This document shows positions 8,512 to 16,431 of a stretch of 64,000 nucleotides of DNA, piece by piece (the first letter of the stretch is position 1; every line of letters begins with the position of its first letter). The position numbers and the translations under genes were made by a program. The DNA comes from a virus. The stretch is from positions 1 to 64,000 of IMG/VR virus record IMGVR_UViG_3300037780_000016. One strand, 5' to 3'. The notes below the pieces were generated by a model. That model was not told the origin of the DNA. It saw nothing but the letters and a program-made list of their open reading frames with translations, and searched no databases.

Positions 8512-8816
8512 CCAGTCTTCAGAAGCGCATACTGATCGCTCTGGCCGTCTTGGAGTGGGAGTGTCCGAACCGGGGCCTCACCGCCAAGGAGATCGCCAAG
8601 GTGCTGAAGCAACGCCCCCGCAAGGCGGCGAAGAGCGCAGCCGGTACGATCCAAGGGTGCCTGTCCGGGATGCGGAGAATGAAGAACCGCAACTGGGTGG
8701 AACAGATGAACCCGGGTTCAAACTGGGATGACCGCCGCTGGGTCATCACGAAGAAGGGACTGCTGACCCTCACCTTCGCGGCCAAGAACACGATCCACCG
8801 CAGGAGCTGGAAATGA
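8508..8816 (+). CDS. putative winged-helix DNA-binding protein
   Basis: LTAKEIAKVL...LSGMRRMKNRNWVE...WVITKKG wHTH pattern. Confidence 0.55.
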   Translation: MTSLQKRILIALAVLEWECPNRGLTAKEIAKVLKQRPRKAAKSAAGTIQGCLSGMRRMKNRNWVEQMNPGSNWDDRRWVITKKGLLTLTFAAKNTIHRRSWK

Positions 8817-9103
8817 GCCTACACACCGAAGCAGCCGAGAACCTGAAGCGTCTGGCCGACCTGTCTGAACAGAAGGCCGAGACCGCACGGAAGCTGGCCA
8901 GCGCCTTCCTGATCCAGTCCATCTGGCCGGAGGCGTTCAAGGACGACCAGAAGTGTGCCCTCCGCTTCAACACGCGCAAGAACGGGTATCACCGGACCGT
9001 GGTGACCCGCCGGTATCTGAGACGCGGCGATGGTGTCGAGTTCGAGATCACCCGGGCGCAACACAAGCTGATCATGGGAGACCGCTATGTCGAGCCGTCC
9101 TAA
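8813..9103 (+). CDS. hypothetical protein
   Basis: ATGA coupling. Confidence 0.7.
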   Translation: MSLHTEAAENLKRLADLSEQKAETARKLASAFLIQSIWPEAFKDDQKCALRFNTRKNGYHRTVVTRRYLRRGDGVEFEITRAQHKLIMGDRYVEPS

Positions 9104-9320
9104 CTTCCGCTCCGACTTCCCCAGCGTGTTGCACACGTCCATGACGATCTGCGCGGACAAGGCGATGGAGTATTTCCGCCTCCCCGTCCCTCAGATCGCT
9201 ATCGAGGGGAAGCCCTACGAGATCACCGCCGTTCTGATGAAGAAGGAATGGAACGACACCCTGTCTGACTTCGCCTTTCGCGGCGAGATGCAATTGAAAC
9301 CATGGGAGACATGCAGATGA
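9087..9320 (+). CDS. hypothetical protein
   Basis: GGGAGAC RBS. Confidence 0.6.
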   Translation: MSSRPNFRSDFPSVLHTSMTICADKAMEYFRLPVPQIAIEGKPYEITAVLMKKEWNDTLSDFAFRGEMQLKPWETCR

Positions 9321-9907
9321 TCACCAAAGACGAACAATGCGCGAGCTACACCCGCGAGATCAACTCCAACCTCGACGCCCTCACCGGCACGCTGGAAGGC
9401 ATGGACAAGGCCCATAAGATGGCTGGCGGCGATCTGGACCGCAAGCTCTTCGGAGACGACATCTGTCGCCTTGGCAACGTCCGGGCTCTGGTGCTGGAAC
9501 TGTCCACGGATGCGCAGGACGCACTGGGCGCTCTCCGCCACCACAAGCGAAAGGCCGAGGCCAAGGACGAAGAGTTCCGTGTGCTCCGCAAGGAGATGAA
9601 CCGGAAGCTCTCCGACGCGATGATGAAGGCACAGTTCAACATCGAAGGCTACGACAACCTCATGGACGTTCTCGTGGACGCCATTGAAGCGGTGGACCTG
9701 ACGTTGGACGACCTTGAGATGGCGAAGTCGAAGGGCGCTCTGAAGGCAAAACACGCAGGTATCTTGAACCCGAGCATCAGCCATCTGCGGGACCGACAGA
9801 AGCGCTTCAACGAAGTCTTCGAACACCACATCAAACGCCGTGCCAGCCTGTCTCAGGCGGTCATCGACAACTACCACGCCAACAAGGAGAGCGCCGATGA
9901 GAAGTGA
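9317..9907 (+). CDS. coiled-coil hypothetical protein
   Basis: Helical, charged; start uncertain (9302/9311/9317). Confidence 0.7.
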   Translation: MITKDEQCASYTREINSNLDALTGTLEGMDKAHKMAGGDLDRKLFGDDICRLGNVRALVLELSTDAQDALGALRHHKRKAEAKDEEFRVLRKEMNRKLSDAMMKAQFNIEGYDNLMDVLVDAIEAVDLTLDDLEMAKSKGALKAKHAGILNPSISHLRDRQKRFNEVFEHHIKRRASLSQAVIDNYHANKESADEK

Positions 9908-10451
9908 GCGCACCACCACCCAAGACACCGATATTGAGATCACGGAAAACGACAAGATCATAAAAGGGCTCCATGACGGCTCTGAGAGGGCGCGAAGGTT
10001 TCTGGGCCGGGTATCTGGCCTTCTCCTCGGTCTGAGGTTGTCCGACACGTCCTCCGACGAGAACGACCGGGGCGAGCTGGACACTATGCGTGATCAGGTG
10101 GAGCACGCTTCTCGGGTCATGTTAGGTCAGAGAGATTTGATCAGAGACATGAACCGGGTGCTTCGCAAGATGCGGGACGAGGCTACCGACCAGATGACCG
10201 CGATCCAGAAGCGCGATGACGATCTTCGTGCGTCGCTGGTCGAGGTCCGTGCGACCTACGAGATCGCAGAGGACATCCAGCGGAGCCTGCACACGCTCAA
10301 AGATCGGCTCAGGGGCAAGGACACTCCGATCACGAAGGAGCACGCCTCAGACGAAGTCCTACGGCTGGCTGTCCGCCTTCGCGCAGTCGAGGGCAACCTG
10401 AACTCTGTCATGGAGCGTATGGAGAAGAAGTTGGATCAGTCGGACGGCTGA
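9897..10451 (+). CDS. coiled-coil hypothetical protein
   Basis: AGGAG RBS, heptad-like pattern. Confidence 0.65.
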   Translation: MRSERTTTQDTDIEITENDKIIKGLHDGSERARRFLGRVSGLLLGLRLSDTSSDENDRGELDTMRDQVEHASRVMLGQRDLIRDMNRVLRKMRDEATDQMTAIQKRDDDLRASLVEVRATYEIAEDIQRSLHTLKDRLRGKDTPITKEHASDEVLRLAVRLRAVEGNLNSVMERMEKKLDQSDG

Positions 10452-10795
10452 GCAGCGACCGGGATGCCGGGGAGGATACTGGGGTCTCCGCCCAGTTCCG
10501 CCCAGCGAGAGACGAGACGTTCGCGTTCTGCAAGCATCCCGTCTCTCGCATCCCCGGACGGAAGACGAGTGAGTGCTTTGTCGATGTTCGTGATGGATAC
10601 GCGGGTGCGCTGGCGCTCTTCCCCGTTGTCGTAGACCGTGTGGACGTAGCCCCGGGTAGCCGGGCGATGTTCGGGGGGAATGAAGTTCCAGCCCGTGATC
10701 GCGCCCCCGATGATGGCAACTGACCCCGCGACCCCAGCGCCAATTTTCTTGATGCCTTCGCCGTGCTCTTTGAGCAGTTCGATGATGATCGCCAT
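10436..10795 (-). CDS. membrane-anchored hypothetical protein (only convincing minus-strand gene)
   Basis: GGAGG RBS on - strand, Gly-rich TM segment, fills a + strand gap. Confidence 0.65.
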   Translation of the reverse strand: MAIIIELLKEHGEGIKKIGAGVAGSVAIIGGAITGWNFIPPEHRPATRGYVHTVYDNGEERQRTRVSITNIDKALTRLPSGDARDGMLAERERLVSRWAELGGDPSILPGIPVAAQPSD

Positions 10796-10852
10796 GGGAG
10801 CCTCCGTCCAGTGACGCATCTATAGCGTTGAACCCGGGTTCACGCAACCGAC

Positions 10853-10909
10853 TTGACCCCGCCCCTGTGATGGGGTAGTATCAGAATGTAAGGCAACTGA
10901 AAGGGAGAC
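10853..10909 (+). promoter_or_regulatory. early promoter/leader cassette
   Basis: TTGACC-N17-TAGTAT-CAGAATGTAAGGCAA...AGGGAGAC. Confidence 0.8.
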
Positions 10910-10912
10910 CGC

Positions 10913-11857
10913 ATGGTGTACCGAAGAACTGAGGCTTGGACCGTGAACCTGAAGTGGGTCAAGAAAGGCGTCTTCGACGTCGATGACCCTGTGTTCGCGG
11001 AAGCCGCCCTGACGATCCGAAAGGACGAGGGGCAGAAACAATGGACCATCTGCACGCCGCATGGCCCGCTCTGCATTCAGTGGGGTGAAGGTCTGGCCAT
11101 TACGTCTGCTGGCGACGCGGTCTACAAGTCCGAAGAGCAATCCGAACACGGGAACCCGAACTACACCGAGTTCACGCGGACGCTGTTCAGGTTCAAGACC
11201 GCCAAGGAGGCCGCGTACTACCTGTACCGGATGCGCGACGACTGGGAGCGCTACTGCCGGTTCAACGCTGAGAAGCGCCTTGCGGTCATCGTGAAGCCCT
11301 TCAACCCGGCGGTTCAACTGCCGGAGGTCTTCCACAAACCTGTCGTGGGCATCCCCCTGACCGGTGTGCAATTGGTCAAGATCAAGGACGGCGAGTACGC
11401 GGTGATCCCGGGTGCATTCTTCCGGGGTACGATGTTCCGGGGCTACCCGCTCTTCTTCTCCGTCTACAAACTGGCGGACAGGCACTGGCACGCCCGGGCG
11501 TATGTTTACGAGGGCGGCGGATGGCGTCAGATGGACATTCGCTCCTACAACCCGAGCTGGGACCGCATGGGTATCTGGGTGCGCCAGACGCGGGTTGAGA
11601 TGATGGGATACGTGAAAGACCTCATGGTGCGCATCCTGAACACGCAGGAAGACGAGACCCACGTGGAACGGCTCTACACCGAGTACGCGGACTTCGGCGG
11701 ACAGCGGCAACACCGTTTGGTCCTCCGTCGGTTCCCGCGTGCCCTGCCCAAGGCGGCGACTGGCCGACCAACCCCGGACGAGGACGTGACCTGTCAGCCC
11801 ATGCTGGACAATGAGGAGAACATCTTCCTCAAGCTCTGGCGATGGTTCACGAACTAA
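10913..11857 (+). CDS. hypothetical protein (aromatic-rich)
   Basis: 314 aa behind cassette. Confidence 0.8.
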   Translation: MVYRRTEAWTVNLKWVKKGVFDVDDPVFAEAALTIRKDEGQKQWTICTPHGPLCIQWGEGLAITSAGDAVYKSEEQSEHGNPNYTEFTRTLFRFKTAKEAAYYLYRMRDDWERYCRFNAEKRLAVIVKPFNPAVQLPEVFHKPVVGIPLTGVQLVKIKDGEYAVIPGAFFRGTMFRGYPLFFSVYKLADRHWHARAYVYEGGGWRQMDIRSYNPSWDRMGIWVRQTRVEMMGYVKDLMVRILNTQEDETHVERLYTEYADFGGQRQHRLVLRRFPRALPKAATGRPTPDEDVTCQPMLDNEENIFLKLWRWFTN

Positions 11858-11871
11858 AGTGTGTGAGGGGG

Positions 11872-11928
11872 TTGACTTCGCCCCCTCCACCCCTTAGTCT
11901 AAGAATGTAAGGCAAGCGCAAGGGAGAC
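11872..11928 (+). promoter_or_regulatory. early promoter/leader cassette
   Basis: TTGACT-N17-TAGTCT-AAGAATGTAAGGCAA...AGGGAGAC. Confidence 0.8.
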
Positions 11929-11932
11929 GCGC

Positions 11933-12226
11933 ATGGAAAGAACAATTCGCACATTCACGGTCGGCGACATCCAGCTCATGACCGATCTGGGAGCCGAAGC
12001 CTGTATCGCCATCAGCGACTTCGAAGAGACCAAGGACTACAAGGACACGCTCCTTGACCGGCTCTCTGCCATCGGCTGCGAGAGCATCAGCTACGGCGAC
12101 CACAACACGAACCTGTTCGTCACGATCACGCAAGACGACGACAGCCCTGCATTCCGGGCGCTGATCTCGACCATCGTGGACAACTATCTCGACGAGGCCA
12201 AGGAGGCGGCACGTGAAACGGACTAG
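11933..12226 (+). CDS. acidic hypothetical protein
   Basis: Behind cassette. Confidence 0.75.
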   Translation: MERTIRTFTVGDIQLMTDLGAEACIAISDFEETKDYKDTLLDRLSAIGCESISYGDHNTNLFVTITQDDDSPAFRALISTIVDNYLDEAKEAARETD

Positions 12227-12593
12227 GACACGCCCCACCCCGATCTCGTTCGACGAGGCCCACGCACAGGCCCGGAAGTCTGGGTATGTGATCACCCTCA
12301 CCGAGCGGGGCTCTGGGTGGAACGCCTCATGCAGTGAACCCCGGTTCACGCCCATCTACTCGACCATCCCTTCCCCGCCTCTGGGCGTGGGCAAGACGGC
12401 TGGCGAGGCCATCGCAGACGCACACCGCAAGGCCAGCGAGTTCTACAACACCATGATCGGTAAGTGGACAGCCGCTGACTGGACGAGACTGCGCCGCCTC
12501 TGGGACTACCACAAGCGCCGGTTCCCGGAAGACGTCATCCCTGACCTCAAGGCACCGAAGCCGAAGGTCCGCAGACGCACGAGGGCAGCCTGA
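12213..12593 (+). CDS. hypothetical protein
   Basis: GTG start after AGGAGG; Arg-rich termini. Confidence 0.7.
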   Translation: MKRTRTRPTPISFDEAHAQARKSGYVITLTERGSGWNASCSEPRFTPIYSTIPSPPLGVGKTAGEAIADAHRKASEFYNTMIGKWTAADWTRLRRLWDYHKRRFPEDVIPDLKAPKPKVRRRTRAA

Positions 12594-13033
12594 TGTTCAA
12601 ACTGAAACGACCCTGCAACAACTGCCCATGGTCGAAGGGGAAGGGGAGCAAGTTCCTCCTCCCCCGGGACCGGCTCGAAGAGTTCGCGGCTGCGGACGCC
12701 TTCCAATGTCACAAGACCATCGACTATGGAGCGGGGCTCAAGGGCAAGAAGGTCTTCGACCGGCCCATCGACGAGAACACCGTGGACCCCGACGCTGGCC
12801 CGGGAGACAAGCCGCAGCAGTGCGCCGGGTATATGGCCGTCCTCGAACGCTCTGGTCGCCGCAACGCGATCATGGAGTTGGGGATCATGGCAGCCAACAG
12901 CACTGGCATGTTCGCAGACGGGGATGTCCCCGAGGAGTTCTGCTATCGGCCCGAGGAGCTGGACCCGGACAACGAAGCCTATGACGATCTGGATCAGGCG
13001 ATCCGGGCGCACACGGAAGGTATCGAACCATGA
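12593..13033 (+). CDS. Cys/His metal-binding protein (DUF6283-like)
   Basis: PCNNCPW...FQCH...QCAG. Confidence 0.6.
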   Translation: MFKLKRPCNNCPWSKGKGSKFLLPRDRLEEFAAADAFQCHKTIDYGAGLKGKKVFDRPIDENTVDPDAGPGDKPQQCAGYMAVLERSGRRNAIMELGIMAANSTGMFADGDVPEEFCYRPEELDPDNEAYDDLDQAIRAHTEGIEP

Positions 13034-13326
13034 CTGAGCAGTACGAACCTCTGGCCGACCACGTCGTGACACTGGCCATCTTGGACGCCGCCGATCAACT
13101 GCACATGGTGAGTATGCAGCTCAACGGATTGCAGAAGTCGGTCGCCGAGGAAAACGCCGAATTCTTGGCCCGGTCGAACGGGTATCTGCAAGAGGGTGAG
13201 CGCGTGGTGCAGGTGGCCTGCCTGACCATCGACCCCACCCAACTGGAAGTGAGAGACAGCCATGAGCGTAAGAGCCCGCACACGAACACGACCCGGGACG
13301 GCAAGCGCAAGCTCGACGTCAATTGA
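13030..13326 (+). CDS. hypothetical protein
   Basis: ATGA coupling; ends RKLDVN. Confidence 0.7.
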   Translation: MTEQYEPLADHVVTLAILDAADQLHMVSMQLNGLQKSVAEENAEFLARSNGYLQEGERVVQVACLTIDPTQLEVRDSHERKSPHTNTTRDGKRKLDVN

Positions 13327-13336
13327 ACCCGGGTTC

Positions 13337-13513
13337 ATGGAAGTGGTGAACCAGCTCAATGAGAAGGGATGGTTCGTGAACAACTGCTATCAGCGGCGGT
13401 TCGGCCACTGGACGATCAACATCCGCAGGCGGGATGATCCGGACGCCGTGGAGTACACGAACGCCGACAATCCGGTCGATGGCTTCAAGGCCCTACTGAA
13501 GAAAGTTGGTTGA
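13337..13513 (+). CDS. hypothetical protein
   Basis: Coding-like; start uncertain. Confidence 0.5.
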   Translation: MEVVNQLNEKGWFVNNCYQRRFGHWTINIRRRDDPDAVEYTNADNPVDGFKALLKKVG

Positions 13514-13538
13514 CTTACGATCTGGGATAGGGTAGCTA
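13510..13538 (+). promoter_or_regulatory. putative promoter for the 83-aa gene and ncRNA cluster
   Basis: TTGACT-N17-TAGCTA; spacer similar to those at 27424 and 30932. Confidence 0.5.
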
Positions 13539-13612
13539 TACTGTAGACGAGAAACGGGGGCCGTGCTAGGAATTGCGCTTCACCCTCACTGTGCACATAG
13601 AGGAATACGACA

Positions 13613-13864
13613 ATGATCCCTGCTGGTACTCTTTTCCGCGTCTCGAACGTGGGCATCAACGACGGTACGGCTGATCCGGAGAGCGGTATCGTCTCCAATC
13701 GCCTGAACGTCACTTTCAAGGAAATCGATCCGGCCACTGGTCGCTTCGCTCAGAACGGCATGCAGATGTCCGCTCAGTACGAAGCCGAGATCGCGGCCAG
13801 CTCCGTGGACGTCAACGCCGTCTACGACAGCTCTTTCGAGGTCACCACCTTCCCGCTGGCGTAA
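13613..13864 (+). CDS. hypothetical protein (strongly biased codon usage)
   Basis: GAGG RBS, 83 aa. Confidence 0.75.
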   Translation: MIPAGTLFRVSNVGINDGTADPESGIVSNRLNVTFKEIDPATGRFAQNGMQMSAQYEAEIAASSVDVNAVYDSSFEVTTFPLA

Positions 13865-13869
13865 GCCAC

Positions 13870-14212
13870 GGGTCCGAAGTCAGTCCACTCGCCTCTAGGA
13901 CTGAGGGGGACGTAGCAGCCATGGACAATGCTGCATCTGCGACCGAAAAACCATAGGCGCTCGCTGAGCCGGGGCGAGTAATAAGAAACCGGCTAGGAGA
14001 CTAACGACAGGGCGTCTCCGTTTGGTGCCTAACCGCACTGTGGCCATCCCTGTTGGCTCTCACCCGGCGAGCATGTCGGGAGCGACCTTAGCTGGCCCGA
14101 AAGGCCGATGGGTGACTGAGGGAGAGACCTCACCGAGATTTGGGGTATCCGCCGTCGTCACCTGAAGACATAGGCCGGGCGGATGAAAAGAATGGATGCG
14201 TGACTGCCCCAT
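13870..14212 (+). ncRNA. candidate structured non-coding RNA, family unassigned
   Basis: No credible ORF; many complementary stems; directly upstream of tRNA. Confidence 0.45.
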
Positions 14213-14214
14213 AT

Positions 14215-14291
14215 GCACCGGTCGTCTAAATGGTCAGGATACCGCTCTTTCACAGCGGCGATGTTGGGTTCGAGCCCCACCCGGTGTACCA
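14215..14291 (+). tRNA. tRNA-Glu (UUC)
   Basis: Acceptor GCACCGG/CCGGTGT, anticodon arm CCGCT-CTTTCAC-AGCGG, TTCGA T-loop, encoded CCA. Confidence 0.9.
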
Positions 14292-14296
14292 AATTC

Positions 14297-14374
14297 AAGC
14301 CTGTCGTCTAACACGCGATACAGGACACCACTGCGGAGCCGGTGGAGATACGGGTTCAACTCCCGTCGGGCTTG
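14297..14374 (+). tRNA. tRNA-like RNA (Glu-type body, non-canonical 8-nt anticodon loop, no encoded CCA)
   Basis: AAGCCTG/CGGGCTT acceptor, ACGGG-TTCAACT-CCCGT T-arm, CCACT-GCGGAGCC-GGTGG arm. Confidence 0.55.
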
Positions 14375-14383
14375 ATGAAAAAA

Positions 14384-14644
14384 CCTCCCGCGTCCCGCCC
14401 CTTCTGGCGGGCTAGTGGAGGGGAGAGATAGGACGAAGGCCCCACTGCGGAACGGGCTGGACAATCTAAGCGAGGCCGCAGCCTCCCGGGCATAAGGAGC
14501 CTTCAAGCTCTGGACCCCGCTCTCCAAGTCATACCGGGGGTTTGCCTTACACCCTCCCCCGGCTGGTGCGGTACGGCAAGCCCCCCCTGCCCCACGCACC
14601 CTGAGCCCCCTGACTGTCTCCCCATGGTCAGGGGGTTCTTCTTT
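14384..14644 (+). ncRNA. candidate structured sRNA(s), with a segment antisense to the early leader
   Basis: Nested hairpins, possible pseudoknots, loop TTTGCCTTACA, terminal terminator. Confidence 0.45.
14603..14644 (+). terminator. intrinsic terminator
   Basis: GAGCCCCCTGAC-loop-GTCAGGGGGTTC then TTCTTT. Confidence 0.65.
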
Positions 14645-14650
14645 GCGGGG

Positions 14651-14702
14651 TTGACTGGGAATGCTGATATGGTAGTCTCAGTTTGTAAGGCAATGGGAGA
14701 CA
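14651..14702 (+). promoter_or_regulatory. early promoter/leader cassette (variant)
   Basis: TTGACT-N16-TAGTCT-CAGTTTGTAAGGCAATGGGAGAC. Confidence 0.7.
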
Positions 14703-14705
14703 CAC

Positions 14706-15131
14706 ATGGACCTCATCAAAGAAATCGCGCCCATACACGCGGCCAACGACACCGACGACGGGAAGCTGGACATCAAGACGCCCCTGTCGATCCTGTTCCG
14801 TGGCTACCGCGACAAGGTCAGGAGCCGCCGCATCTATGGCACCGAGGAGTACGCCTACTCCGGCAACCGTGACATCAGCGAATGCCTCGACGGTGTCGGC
14901 CTCACCTACATGCTCGAAATGTACGATGGGAAGCGTGTCGGCTGGTGGGTCATCGAAGGGCTCACGGTGGACTACCACAAGGACTACTACGGCGAGGTGG
15001 ACGAGGAGTGGCACTGGACCCGCATGCGCCGGGCCACGATCCCTGAGATCATCCGCTGTCAGATCGGAGCAAAGTGGACAAACCTGCTGGACGACATCAA
15101 GGAAGGGCTGTTCCCATGGGTACTCCGCTGA
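14706..15131 (+). CDS. hypothetical protein
   Basis: Behind cassette. Confidence 0.75.
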   Translation: MDLIKEIAPIHAANDTDDGKLDIKTPLSILFRGYRDKVRSRRIYGTEEYAYSGNRDISECLDGVGLTYMLEMYDGKRVGWWVIEGLTVDYHKDYYGEVDEEWHWTRMRRATIPEIIRCQIGAKWTNLLDDIKEGLFPWVLR

Positions 15132-15451
15132 ACCTGACAGAGCGCTGGCACGAGACCCTGCAACGCATCATGTCCAACGTGGATATCACCGAGGACGGGT
15201 GCTGGCTCTGGAAGGGCGGAACGTCCGGTGATGGTCGTGGTGGCGGATACGCTCGCATGAGCCTCAACGGCTCCACTGTCGCGGTCCATCGCGTCATGTA
15301 TACCCACTTCAACGGGTACATCCCGGGGAAGAAACAAATCGATCACGTCTGCCGCAACCGAGCGTGTGTGAACCCGGCCCATCTGGAAATGGTGAGCCAT
15401 AAGGAAAACCAGAAGCGCCGCGACGCGGCCAGAGAAAGGGCAACGTCATGA
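15116..15451 (+). CDS. HNH endonuclease (HNH_3-type)
   Basis: GCWLWKG...GY...VHRV...IDHVCRNRACVNPAHLEMVSHKEN. Confidence 0.85.
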   Translation: MGTPLNLTERWHETLQRIMSNVDITEDGCWLWKGGTSGDGRGGGYARMSLNGSTVAVHRVMYTHFNGYIPGKKQIDHVCRNRACVNPAHLEMVSHKENQKRRDAARERATS

Positions 15452-16026
15452 TCATCATCGACGATTTCATCTCGACCAAACGCCAAGGGATGCTCCGCAA
15501 CCACCTGATGACGGAGATCGACTGGGAACGCCGAGAGGACGCCCCACGATCCGAATACTGGATGAACGAACTGGGCGAGGATTACACCTACGGCCAAGGT
15601 CGAGGCGTCCGCACCTACGAGCCCCACGAGATGACTGATCTGGTCAAGAACCTGCGTGAGGTGATCAGGCACTACTACCTCGCCGGAGGTTTCCGAGCCC
15701 CGTCTCTGGAAGGGTGCTTCCTGAACATGTATCGCGGTGGCCGCGACTGGCTGGGCTGGCACGCAGACGATGACCCGGGGATCAACCACGAAGACCCGAT
15801 TGCGATCATCACGCTGGGCAACTGCTCTCGGAAGATCGACTGGAAGGTCCAAGGCTCCAAGGGAATGGAAGCGATCAACAGCGCTGTCCTGCACCCGGGT
15901 TCATTGGCCCTCATGCCTGCCGGGATGCAGCAGACGCACTTCCACCGCATCCCCAAGGCCGTGGACCTCCCCGAGGACGCGTGGCGTATCTCTCTCACTT
16001 TCCGCAGCTTGATTGGTCAACAATGA
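15448..16026 (+). CDS. alkB: AlkB-family 2OG-Fe(II) dioxygenase (ALKBH2/3-like)
   Basis: LNMYRGG..LGWHADD (HxD), HRIPK, RISLTFR. Confidence 0.85.
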   Translation: MIIIDDFISTKRQGMLRNHLMTEIDWERREDAPRSEYWMNELGEDYTYGQGRGVRTYEPHEMTDLVKNLREVIRHYYLAGGFRAPSLEGCFLNMYRGGRDWLGWHADDDPGINHEDPIAIITLGNCSRKIDWKVQGSKGMEAINSAVLHPGSLALMPAGMQQTHFHRIPKAVDLPEDAWRISLTFRSLIGQQ

Positions 16027-16376
16027 TGAACCCGGATGTTATACTCTCGATACTTATGCTGACCGCTTCATCAGTTTTGATGTGGCTCCTCATCTCGAAA
16101 CCCCTCTACGAGATCATCAACGATCACCGCCGGAAACGGAACGCCCGGGACTGGGAAATCTGGCACGGTGAGTATGTGGCGTGGTTCGAGAAGCGGAGCC
16201 TGTTCATCAGCCAACGTGACCGCATGGTATGGAAACTGGACAGGCTGACAGGGGACATCACGGAGAAGCGCACCCTTGAGGTCGTCGAGGACAGCTACCC
16301 TGACCTGCAAGAGATCGTCCGCCGGAGACCTGTGCCCCGCAAGATGCTGCTGTGGCTCGGTCGCTTTCCCGTTTGA
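16023..16376 (+). CDS. membrane-anchored hypothetical protein
   Basis: ATGA coupling, N-terminal TM. Confidence 0.65.
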   Translation: MMNPDVILSILMLTASSVLMWLLISKPLYEIINDHRRKRNARDWEIWHGEYVAWFEKRSLFISQRDRMVWKLDRLTGDITEKRTLEVVEDSYPDLQEIVRRRPVPRKMLLWLGRFPV

Positions 16377-16428
16377 CATCGGACCCGTGATAGGCTAGTA
16401 TCAGAATGTAAGGCAAACCAAGGGAGAC
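16373..16428 (+). promoter_or_regulatory. early promoter/leader cassette
   Basis: TTGACA-N17-TAGTAT-CAGAATGTAAGGCAAA...AGGGAGAC. Confidence 0.8.
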
Positions 16429-16431
16429 GCC

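Noticed and set aside
13870-14644. tmRNA, RNase P RNA or group I/II intron
   Set aside because: I could not find tmRNA ends or a tag frame, the RNase P GAGGAAAGTCC signature, or intron core motifs.
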